NCBI RefSeq assembly: GCF_964204865.1
Contig: NC_135252.1
Coordinates: 12,710,001-12,774,000, forward strand
Reading direction: 5' to 3'
DNA length: 64,000 nucleotides
Source of the DNA: Styela clava
Lineage: Eukaryota
This document shows, in pieces, positions 43,601 through 55,600 of this stretch. A program made the translations under genes and the position numbers. The notes under the pieces are model-generated. The model did not search any database and was not told where the DNA came from. It saw only the letters and a program-made list of their open reading frames with translations. Positions within the stretch are counted from its first letter, which is position 1. Each line of letters starts with the position of its first letter.

Positions 43601-46600
43601 CTGAGCATTCCACTCTCCTATTCCATCATCATCAGAATCTTCACATTTTATAACACTGGTTTCTACATTTAATTTCTTCTTATCAGGACAACTGAATGTA
43701 CATTCAGAATCAAATGTATTTGTTCCAGTACAATCAAAAACAGTTTCAGGTGCTAGAGTTGAAGGATCCAAAGTTGGACAAGTGATGACTGTAAATCGAA
43801 AAAAAAAAGAAATATGTCAATAGTGAAGTGGAAAACACAAAAAGATCAACCAACTGTAAATCTATGACAATTTTCTATGTATCAGTTGATAAGGTTCACA
43901 ATGTTTGAAACAACAAACCGTATTAGCTAAATAAAAATTAGAAGCACCATTAGTCAAATGGTACATTACATGATCAGAGTTGTAGCCTTTATAGGCTATG
44001 TTTGTAATGAGTGAGAAATATAGTACCTTGATATAAGGCTTTATTCAACTTAAATTTAAAGCACTCTTAGAATGAATCTAAAATAATATAACACAAGCAA
44101 ATGTTATTAAACAAGAAAACAAATACGTATCGAATTGCTGATGCTAACAGTAAGCGGCTCAATAGTTAAATGAATAAAGTCGAAAGAATTAACACACTAC
44201 ATCTACAGCACAGCAATGATTGGTGTCTGATTTAAAACGCCACAGCAATCATCGCTTGACTGCAGCTGTATAAACAAATAGATACATTGAGTTGCATTTC
44301 CAAGTTATCACATTCACCGCCACTTTAGAGATTTAGTCTGTCTACGGTTCGGCGTTCCCTGATTGATCTCCGTAGAACTGGAGGCGATGGAGATCTAGAG
44401 ACAATATTATTTTCAACAATATCTTCTTGCGTTTGAGTTTTATTGTTTCCTTGATTGATAGATGGAGACATAGGTTGAATCGAAGACTCGTCTCTAACGT
44501 GCAATGGTGTTTCATGGTTGATATTGTCTGTCCCTTGCCTATTCATCGAAATTTCGTAACCGACAGGGGCCAGATGTTTTGAGGCTACAGTTGTTTCTCT
44601 GCCATCTGGAAATCGAACATGAGCATATTGTGGATTTGCTTCCAGAAGCTCGACTTCATCTACTAAAGGTTCGGTTTTCGACTTCCTGACATATCTTTTC
44701 AAAAGCACTGGTCCCGGCGTTGACATCCAGGATGGAATAGAACATCCAGACGTAGATCTTCTGGAGAATTTGAAAACTCGCTCATGAGGAGTCTCATTGG
44801 TGGCTGTACACAATAACGACCGTATGGAATGCAAAACATCAGGCAAAACTTCATGCCACAATTGAACAGGAAGACGTTTCGATTTCAGCGCCAACTTCAC
44901 CCCATTCCATATCGTGCCATTAAAACGTTCAACCTGTCCATTTCCTGCAGGATTATATGGTGTGGTGCGACTTGTTGCAATACCTTTGTCATTGAGAAAA
45001 GAGCGAAGTTCTCGACTCATGAAAGCAGAACCTCTGTCTGAATGTATAAAAGCAGGCATTCCAAATGTAGTGAATAGTTGCGTGAGACATTTAATGACAC
45101 TTGCTGTGGAAACATCTGGACATGGGAATGCAAACGGAAATCTCGAAAATTCATCGACTACGTACAGAAAGTATCGATTATTATTGTTTGACGGTAGGGG
45201 TCCTTTAATGTCTATATTGAGACGTTCAAATGCCTGTGTAGCTTTGATAAGGTGCCCGGTGTCAGGGTTATGAAATCGCGGCTTGCATTCACAACAAACA
45301 GGACATGTTGAAATAACTTTTCGAATGTCATCCATCGAATATGGCAAATTCCTGACTTGAATAAAGTGAGACATTCTCGTAATTCCTGGGTGACACAGAG
45401 CGTCATGAAGTTTATACAAAAGATGATTTTCGGGATCTTGTACAGTTGCGCACGATATTTTTGAAAGTGCATCAGAGGGAATATTTTCTTGCCCAACGAT
45501 AACGAATGTCAAAACTATAGCAGCAGAGTTCTAGTCGCCATCGCATGATTTTATCATTTTTAATCTTTGTTCTGTGATTTCGATTGAACATAAATGATAC
45601 GGATCTCAATGATGGCCTTTGCTTCCTTCTCTATTGAAGGGTGTTTGAGTTCTGGACCTTGTAGCATGCGAGAGAAAAAAGCCACTTTAGGGTTGCAGCC
45701 AATGCTACATCAGAGGCATCTGTTTCTACTTCAAAAGGTAAAGTTTCATCCACAGCTATAACGACAGCAGATTCTACGAGTCGCTTCAATTCGTGAAACG
45801 CATGAATTGCCTGGTCGTCGAGAGGGAAAGTTTTCGCAGATGCTAGTGGTCTGATAGTATCAGAAAACTTTGGTATCCACTTTGAGTAGTACGAGAAAAA
45901 CCCAAGACAACGCTTTAAAGCGGAAACTGAGGTAGGAATCGGCAAACGCCGCAAAGGTTCTAGTCTCCCAGGATCCGGACGTATTTGGCCTTCCTCAATC
46001 TCGTAACCTAGAATCTGAAGTTTTCTGGTCGAAAATATGCTTTTGTTTTCGTTCAATTTTAGATTTCGTCGTTTAGCGGCTTCTAGAAACTTCTGCAAGT
46101 TGATATCATGGTCTTGTTGAGTATGCCCACAAATGGTAATGTTATCGAAATACGCGAAAACACCGGTCAGGTTTTCTTCTTTTACCAGGTTCATCATTGC
46201 CCTCTGGAAGCAGGCCACACCATTTGTGACTCCAAACGGTAAACGAGTGAACTGGAACAGAGCACCCGCAGCTTCGAAAGCAGTATATTTCTGGTCTTCC
46301 TTTTCAAGTGGAACCTGATGGTATGCACTTTTTAAATCCACTGTGCTATACACACGATAATGAGCAATTTCGTTGATTATATCGCTCATATTAGGTAAAG
46401 GAAACGCGTCTAACTGAGTAAATTTATTGATGGTCTGTGAATAATCGATTACAACCCTTCGTTTGCCATTTTCACCCTTTACGACAACAACTTGAGCTCT
46501 CCACGGAGATCTGCTAGGCTTTACAATTCCTTCCTGTAACAAACGGTTGACCTCCATTTCAATAAACTTTCTGTCATCTTTGGAATACCAAAGAGACTTT

Positions 46601-49600
46601 GTAGCAATAGGATGGCAGTCAGCAGTCAGATTTTTGAATGGTTCTGGTGGCAAACTTTTGAAAGTTGAAAAGCCACATACAGACATTGGAGGTCGATCGC
46701 CGCCGTAATTATAAGTTACACTTTGATGTTGTCCTTGAAAGTCTATTCCAAGTAAAAAGTCACAACATAGATCATCCATTACTCTCAATATGAATTTTCG
46801 ATAGTGTCGGCCCTGATATTCAATATCAGCTGCTGTGCAACCTTTTATAGGCATGGAACACGCCAGAGAAGCCATTGCTACCTTGTCCTTAACTGTGTCC
46901 CTTTTGATTGGGAGGTTACACCTTTCTATGAGACGAGGGTGTATGAAACTCTGACTACTGCAACTATCAAAAAGTGCGCGTACTTTGTGTCCTTCAATAT
47001 GAATCACAGACGACGACCCTCTCAATGATTTCGGGGTATTGTCAAAAGCCATTCCTAATATATACGAGTTAGAACATGCAGTGACTTTGTCAGGATTTTG
47101 TGGGTTGAAAACGGTTCCTCTGCAGACTTTTATGAAATGTCCTTTTTTATGACATTTGAAACAAAACACATTTCGGGCTGGACATTTTGAACGAGGATGT
47201 TTCTTTCCGCCACAGAAAAAGCACGCGGAATTTGCAGTAGCAGATATTTTCTCGATATCACACGATGTCTCATCGTTTTGAGTTTCACTGTTTTGAGCAG
47301 CCGCAGACACAGTAGAAGGATCGGATACTCGATAAGCTTCAGCATTCTTAATTGCTACTTCTAAGCTTCTGGCTTGATCGTATGTCGTATTAAGATCAAG
47401 GTGTTTGTTTTCCAACAAACGCTGTCGTATCCATGTGGAGTTTAACCCCCGGATAAAAGCGTCTCGGACATAAGCATCTCTGTTTTGAACAGCAGATACA
47501 GCTTTGAAATTACAATGTTTGCTTAACGATTTCAATGCTTGCATGTATTCGTCTACATTTTCAGATGCTTGTTGGTTCCTGGTTGCCAGAACATGCCGAG
47601 AATAAACTTCATTGAGAGGTTTGACAAACATTGTTTTCAGAATCTCAATCGCAGTATCGTACGATTCTGCCTCCTCAATGTTTTGGAATATACGAGGAGA
47701 TATGAAATTCACCAGTACACCAAGTTTATCAAGGCCTTCAGACGGCAAGGCGTTTAGAAAATTATCAAAAGTCTTCTTCCAGTGCAGCCACTCACAGGAT
47801 GCTTCACTAGAGTTAGGATCTGCCTCCAGTCTCTCTGGTCTCAGAACCTTGTCCATGCTTCTACCAGAATACTCTTGTGAAATGATTTAAGTTGAATAAA
47901 TTGTAATGAATGAGAAATATAGTACCTTGATATAAGGCTTTATTCAACTTAAATTTAAAGCACTCTTAGAATGAATCTAAAATAATATAACACAAGCAAA
48001 TGTTATTAAACAAGAAAACAAATACGTATCGAATTGCTGATGCTAACAGTAAGCGGCTCAATAGTTAAATGAATAAAGTCGAAAGAATTAACACACTACA
48101 TCTACAGCACAGCAATGATTGGTGTCTGATTTAAAACGCCACAGCAATCATCGCTTGACTGTAGCTGTATAAACAAATAGATACATTGAGTTGCATTTCC
48201 AAGTTATCACAATGTTCTTATTCTGTTAAATATAAAGATTTATTAGTTTTGACTTCACAATCACATACCTTTGCAACTAGCTGCAGTTTCATTCCATTCT
48301 CCCTCTCCATCACCATCATTATCTTCACAAATAACAGATCCAGATCCTGTACTGTCATCCAATGTCATTCCTTCAGGACAACTCATATCACAATTTGATT
48401 TTTTAATAAATCCATTTGTACATGTCACTTGTGTTTCATTCGTTACAATAGTAGAGAGATCAGGGCAGAGAATATCTACAAAACAGAAATGTGAACCATA
48501 GAATGTGCTTACTATAGAACAGTCAATTGTTTCAAGATGTCCTAATTTTTTCCAAGTAAATTTTGTATACTCACCAAAACAATCAGGCACTTCAATATTC
48601 CATTCACCAACACCATCATCATTTGAATCAACACATTCTATTGTATCCATTTCACCAGTTAATTTCATTGTATCAGTACATTCAAATGTACATGCAGAAC
48701 CATAGATATTTATATTTGTGCAGTCAAATGTTGTTCCAGAAGTAAAATTAGAAATAGTGAAAGATGGACAGAGTATATCTGAAAAATGAATAGTTCATTA
48801 CCTGAACTTAACTTGGCAAGAAGGTTTCAACCAAAGATTTGAGTCAGTTGCACAAACGGTTTATGTATATCATCTTAGCCTATCAACATCTTCTTGTACC
48901 TCTATGGCAGTCAACATATTTAGTGATCTTCAATAAAATGTAAATGCATTTATATGTGCTCTGAAGCCAATTCAAATGAAGCACAAACACATAGTACAAA
49001 GAAAAGAATCACACAAATTAGCTCATTTAAATAATTTTCAGAAATACTGTTGCTAACATCGAAGCATTGCATATATCACCTCAATTGTTCAATGTGCTCA
49101 TACAACATGTATTGCTTTTACACCCATCCATTTGCATCATGTGCCGGCTTAGAACCATATATACCCTTGTACTACATGTACCTTGTTTAAAACTTCTATC
49201 TATTATACTAAATGCACTAATTGGCAACATACAACTTGCACCACTTCTACCTCCTGTACATCAACTGCTTGTGGAATGCAAACAAATGTTCCACGTTTGC
49301 CATGTGTGCCAAAAATGTACTTTTTGTACCATTTATCTACTTCAGGCCTGCACAACATACGGCCCGCAGGCCGCATGTGGCCCGCTAGATACTTCTGTGC
49401 GGCCCGAGGGTGATTTGGAAACACGCCACTTCTCAGGTCTAACAATCGGAGCCGGCATTGTTATGCAAGCGCGCCGCTACTCTGATCATATCCGAAATCG
49501 TGTGATTTATATTTTGCACTAGTTTCAATAAATATCGAACATTGTGTGAAATTAGTGTGCCCTTCTCGACCCCTATATTTCGTCGCTCGACCCTCGTTTG

Positions 49601-52600
49601 GGAAACCCTGATTTAGATATCTCAGTATTCAGACTGAATCAAGCTTAAAACAATATCGGTATACAATCTTACACCCATTAGTGCATATTAGCAACCTTTA
49701 ATAACCCCATTATTTTTTACTAGAGGTTTATGAAACTGAAGTATCTTTTTTGTGACAAAGCTTGAGGCCCGCCGGGCCTTCAGATTTATGCTTGCGGCCC
49801 TCGTGGTAATTTGAGTTGTGCAGGCCTGATCTACTTCCTAATATTTGGACCATTTGTACAATATGTGTCTTGTATGCCCAGCCATCATTTGTGAAAAATG
49901 TATCATGTTTATTGCAATTAGCATATATGCAATGTGTATTAGAATATTAGATCACCCCATGAATCATGTGGACCACGTTTACTATTTGCACTAATTGTAC
50001 CACATGCACAACTTTCAACACTTCATTTCCCCTTGCCGCATGCATCGCAATTGATTGATTCAAATTGGCATATGTTGCCCCAAATTGATATAAGTGGGTA
50101 CAGATTGGTAATGTTTAAATTGATTGAACTGATTGTTTATAAAAGGTATGTAATATACGGTAATAGTTATCGCAGGTTGGTACAAATTGATTGATATGGG
50201 TATGAGTCCACCGCACAAATTAGCCCAATTGCCTGTCAGGTATATTCAGGCTGTAAGACATTGAGGTTTGAACAGATTGTCCATGTTGACAAAAGTTTTT
50301 TGAGCATGCCCATACAGCCGTACATGAGGTAGTACGGATGATCTTAATGATACGATAAAAAAACACGATACACACGATAAAAAAAGTACAAGTAGTACAT
50401 GTCATTTTTAAGCTGGCAGGTAAAATACCAAATTCCTTATTATAGTGTGAAAATATTGTACATCATCATTGTACATCAGGTTAAATTAGTGAATATATAT
50501 TGATTTTAATGGGTTTTATCATGATTCGAGCATGAACAAGTAAGAGAAATTGTTTATTGTATTCTAGTTAATTGCATTGCATTGTATTACCAGTACAATT
50601 TGATGCAGCTGAACTCCATTCCCCGAAGTCATCATTATTATTATCTTCACAAACAACTGTCTCAGATCCAGCACCGTCCAATGTCATGCCTTCATTACAA
50701 CTCACAGTACAAGATGAATCGATTATATTTTCATTAGAACAACTTGCTATTGTATTGCTTGATATAGAATCATTTAAATATGAACAGGTGATATCTAAAA
50801 TAAAGAAATGGCATGGTGACATTGGAGCAATATATTTTTATTCTCATTAATTACAAAGTGTTTGATACCGAAAACATAAATGGTGTTCAATGATGATGAA
50901 CTGGTTCTGAATGAAATATTCAATGTATATTAGAAAACCTACATTCACCAGCGAACTATGCTTTAAAATAGCTCAAATGGTAAATTTCATGCTTCTGCAT
51001 TAGTTTCATTAATTTTGTCTCATCGATAAAATCAAGTTTTGTACATACATATCCAGAAAGAAACGAACCAATACAGTCCGGAATTTGAGCATTCCACTCT
51101 CCTACTCCATCATCATCAAAATCTTCACATTTTATAACACCGGTTTCAACATTTAATTTCTTCTTATCAGGACAACTGAATGTACATTCAGAATCAAATG
51201 TATTTGTTCCAGTGCAATCAAAAACAGTGTCAGGTGCTAGAGTTGATGGATCCAAAGTTGGACAAGTGATGACTGTAAAACAGAATAACGTAGTTACCGG
51301 TATTCTTTGATTCATTGGTCGAAGATAGAAGTATTCGGAAAACGATATTGGATAAGCCAGCTGTTCCCGAACTTTTTCTTATTGTGGAACAAAATTATCA
51401 GGTAAAAAACTTACGGTGCACTTACACAAAAAAAATGCTGCTTATAAATGAAAATCAATTTTGTGATCGTTAAAGTGTACTTTATGCCTTTTAAAGTTTT
51501 GTAAATATTTAGGCCTAATGTCAACTCTTCTTTCTTATCTCTGCCCGATTTTTCCTTTAAAATACTGAAATAATCACTTATAATCGCTAAACTCGGTTCA
51601 GCAGATAAATTGCAGCAAGTAGTGTCTACTGTATTGTTATGTAACAATAGGGGCAGACATTACGAAACCAAAAGAAATGTGATAGAAAGATAAAATGCAT
51701 TTATTGATTCGTGTACACAGCATTTAAAATAAGAAACCATAAATGATTTATTATAAATACAATATGTAAAATATTCAATCATATTTTAGTTATTTTTACA
51801 ATTCTAATAATTTTCATGACCCACTTAGTAACTCGCTGTGTCGTGGTGCACTTTTTGGGAATTGCTGGGTTAGCCAGTTGTTATTCCTGCTAATTATTAG
51901 GTTATTCTGGAATAATTAGTTTGAATCTCATAAGATATGATCAAGTAAGATAAGTTTGCCTAACCACACGCTGTTCCAAGGTAAGATAAATGAATAAATA
52001 TATTTTACTAAATATTAGAGCTGAAGCAATATCACACTAGACAAAAAATAGTTGAAAGGATTCAAAAGATACAACAATTGGAAAGCTTTGGAATAATGAC
52101 CAGCAACAACAAGAAATGATTTACATAATCCTGATAGCATTCACTACCTTTACAACTAGCTGCAGATTCATTCCATTCTCCTTCCCCATCGCCATCATTA
52201 TCTTCACAAATAACAGATCCAGATCCTGTACTGTCATCCAATGTCATTCCTCCAGGACAACTCATATCACAATTTGAATTCTTTACAAATCCATTTGTAC
52301 ATGTCGCTTGTGTTCCATTTGTTACAATAGTAGAGAGATCAGGACATAGAACATCTAGAATACAGAGAAGTGGATTCATGAATCTACTTACTGTTGCACA
52401 GTAAATTGTGTCAAGATGCCGTAACAATAATCAATTCATTAAAGATGATACATAAATAAATCTATGATACTGTAATCTTACCAATACAATCAGGTACATC
52501 AATATTCCATTCACCAACACCATCATCATTTGAATCAACACATTCTATTGTGTCCAATCCACCAGTTAATTTCATCGTATCAATACATTCAAAAGTACAA

Positions 52601-55600
52601 GATGACCCAAAATTGTTCATATTTGTGCAATCAAATGATGTTCCAACAGAAAAATTGGAATTTGTAAAAAATTGGCATAGTATTCCTGAAAAGAGATTCA
52701 TAAACTTTTACATGAATACAAACAACTTAAAATTTCATGTTGGATAACTAATTTTGCAAATCAAATTGATATTGTGAAGAGCATTCAATGACATCTTATT
52801 GAAGCTCAAAAGAACTGTTGCAATACCATTTTATTACAGATTCAAATAAAAAGGTTAGTTTAGTGCATTTTCCGTTCCACCAGATGCCTCATTCTAAAAT
52901 ATATAGTGAATCAATTAGGAATATTTTACTTACCCCGAAGGAAGGGAAAGTTGATGTTTTTAATCATATATGACAAACCTGGGCAACTAATGACAGCCTG
53001 GCATTAGTAAACCAGTTATTTTCTTCAAGTACATAGACTTGATAGTGAAAAAGGCTGTAACAGACCAGCCATTATGTGAACCACAACAGCGACGGGTTCA
53101 GTGATCCTTCTCACATAACCACCCCCCACTGGATTCGCACCTCCAGTGCTGAGTAGTCAGAGGATGGCAACACTTGATGCACAAACCAACAAGCCAATCT
53201 CCTATTTGGTTTTGTCTTCAAATTACTTTTGTAAATGCGTATATTGAAGCTACTGGCAATGACACATACTTTCAACAATCATGACTGAAAAGTTTTCCAT
53301 TTGATTAACCTGGTTTTATCAGTAAAACAACAATAAATGTGACACTAATAATAGGTGTCATAGCAAAGGTTTAGAGTGAGTGTAACTCAACCAAATATAA
53401 CAGTAAATTATATTTTACCAATACAATTAGAAGCAGCTGCACTCCACTCTCCGACCTCATCATTATTATTATCTTCACAGACAACTGTCTCAGATCCAGT
53501 ACCATCCAATGTCATGCCTTCATTACAACTTACAGTACAAGATGAATCGATTATATTTTCATTTGAACAACTTGCTATCGTATCGCTTGATATAGATTCA
53601 CTGAAATATGGACAGGAGATATCTAAAATAAAGTAATGACATTGTTACAAAGGAGCAAGATAATTTTATCCTCATTAATTATAAAGTGTTATTAATTATG
53701 TCTCATTGATAAAATCAAAAGCATTTTACATACATATTCAGAAAAAAAACGAACCAATACAATCAGGAATTTGAGCATTCCACTCTCCTATTCCATCATC
53801 ATCTGAATCTTCACATTTTATAACACTGGTTTCTACATTTAATTTCTTCTTATCAGGACAACTGAATGTACATTCAGAATCAAATGTATTTGTTCCAGTA
53901 CAATCAAAAACAGTTTCAGGTGCTAGAGTTGATGGATCCAAGGTCGGACAAGTTATGACTGTGAAACAGGATAACATAGGTATTTAACAATTCATTGGTC
54001 AACGATAGGAGTAATACGGAATAGGAAATTGTTCAGAAACTTGTTATTCCAGCTAATTAATAGGTTACCTGGAGTATTCAGTTGGAATATCATGTAATCA
54101 AGCGTCACAATATTGCAACATTTAGCGAAAGCTTTGGAACAATGACCATCTACAACAAGAAATGATTTATATAATCCTGATAGCATTCACTACCTTTACA
54201 ACTAGCTGCAGATTCATTCCATTCTCCTTCTCCGTCACCATCATTATCTTCACAAATCACAGATCCAGATCCTGTACTGTCATCCAATGTCATTCCTTCA
54301 GGACAACTCATATCACAATTTGAATTTTTTATAAATCCATTTGTACATGTTACTTGTGTTTCATTCGTTACAATAGTAGATAGATCAGGACATAGAACAT
54401 CTAGAAAACAAAAAAAAGACTCATGAATGAGCATTTAATACTGTTAATATGTCCTCATGATAATTTTTTCCAAAACAACAATACTTAATAAATCTACTCT
54501 TCTTACCAATACAATCAGGTACATCAATATTCCATTCACCAACACCATCATCATTTGAATCAACACATTCTATTGTGTCCAATCCACCAGTTAATTTCAT
54601 TGTATCAATACATTCGAATGTACAAACTGAACCAAAATTGTTCATATTTGTGCAGTCAAATGATGTTCCAGCAGAAAAATCAGAATTTGAAAATATTTGG
54701 CATAGTATTCCTGAAAAAAAATTCATAAAATATAAATAACAACAAATTACATTAAAAGTTACCAGATTTACCGGCGAATAAGTCGCTTTTCTAGACCAAA
54801 ATTTTTTGCCTGATTTTGGGGAGCCATCCCATTGGGCGAGTATGGTAATTTCCATTTTTTCGGTGTCGGCTTATTATTCAATTCTGACCATGAAATACCT
54901 TGGCCGATAGCATCCCCCAGAACTTCCCATCAGGTCAGTTTAATCCCACAAAACACCAGGTAACACGAGTGTCACCGTGTCCTGAAGCCTACACTACACA
55001 CACACACACATGTACTGAATTGTCCAACAATGCAATGGGCCGTACACCTGTTATAAAATATTTAAATATCAGAACACTCAGTGGCGCACTGATTCCCTAG
55101 GTGTGGCCTTTTTACCAACTGCCTGAAAATATGTCACATATCAGATTGGGTGAAGATGCTTGGAGCAACTATTTTAAAAATCAAAGTAGGATTTAATTTT
55201 AAAAATCATCGTATTTCAATTTAGAATTAATTTATATTAGTTTGTTATCTTTTGTGGAATGTAAATGCATGCACTCAGTTTCTCCTGAGGCTGATAAAAA
55301 TTGTGGTGACACGGATGTCACTGCAGTCACTTGAACACATTTTATCCTTTATTTTCATGAAAAGGTTTGCACTTACTAAGACTCTGTTGAGACTTTAGAG
55401 TCGTAATTTTCGATCAATGCTATTGTAAGGAGCATTCAATAACATTTTAAAGGAATTCAAAGCATTTTTTGCAACAACATTTTACCAAAGATTCAAAAGA
55501 AGGAGTCTAGGGCAGGCAACCTTTTTCGGCTCGCGTGCCAAAATCGGCTTAATTTTAACGACAAAATTCCTCCGCGTGCCGACAAAAATTAAAAACAATG

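Larger units (their letters stand above)
44003..48211 (-). mobile_element. Ty3/Gypsy LTR retrotransposon, full-length structure with a damaged RNase H
   Basis: 310-bp TG...CA LTRs differing at 2 positions; 5-bp TSD ATGTT (43998-44002, 48212-48216); gag-PR-RT-RH-IN order; empty site visible in paralogous introns (about 38000 and 41440). Confidence 0.96.

Noticed and set aside
48261-48668. ORF reading through R3 and R4 of unit 3 as one exon
   Set aside because: The 99-nt intron happens to be in frame; canonical gt/ag sites are present and paralogous introns are not open
9415-53636. Many plus-strand ORFs with HSPSPS / QYSIHQHHHH repeats (e.g. 34310-34594, 38354-38536, 39704-40093)
   Set aside because: Antisense shadows of the minus-strand sushi exons; they coincide with exons and have no splice logic of their own
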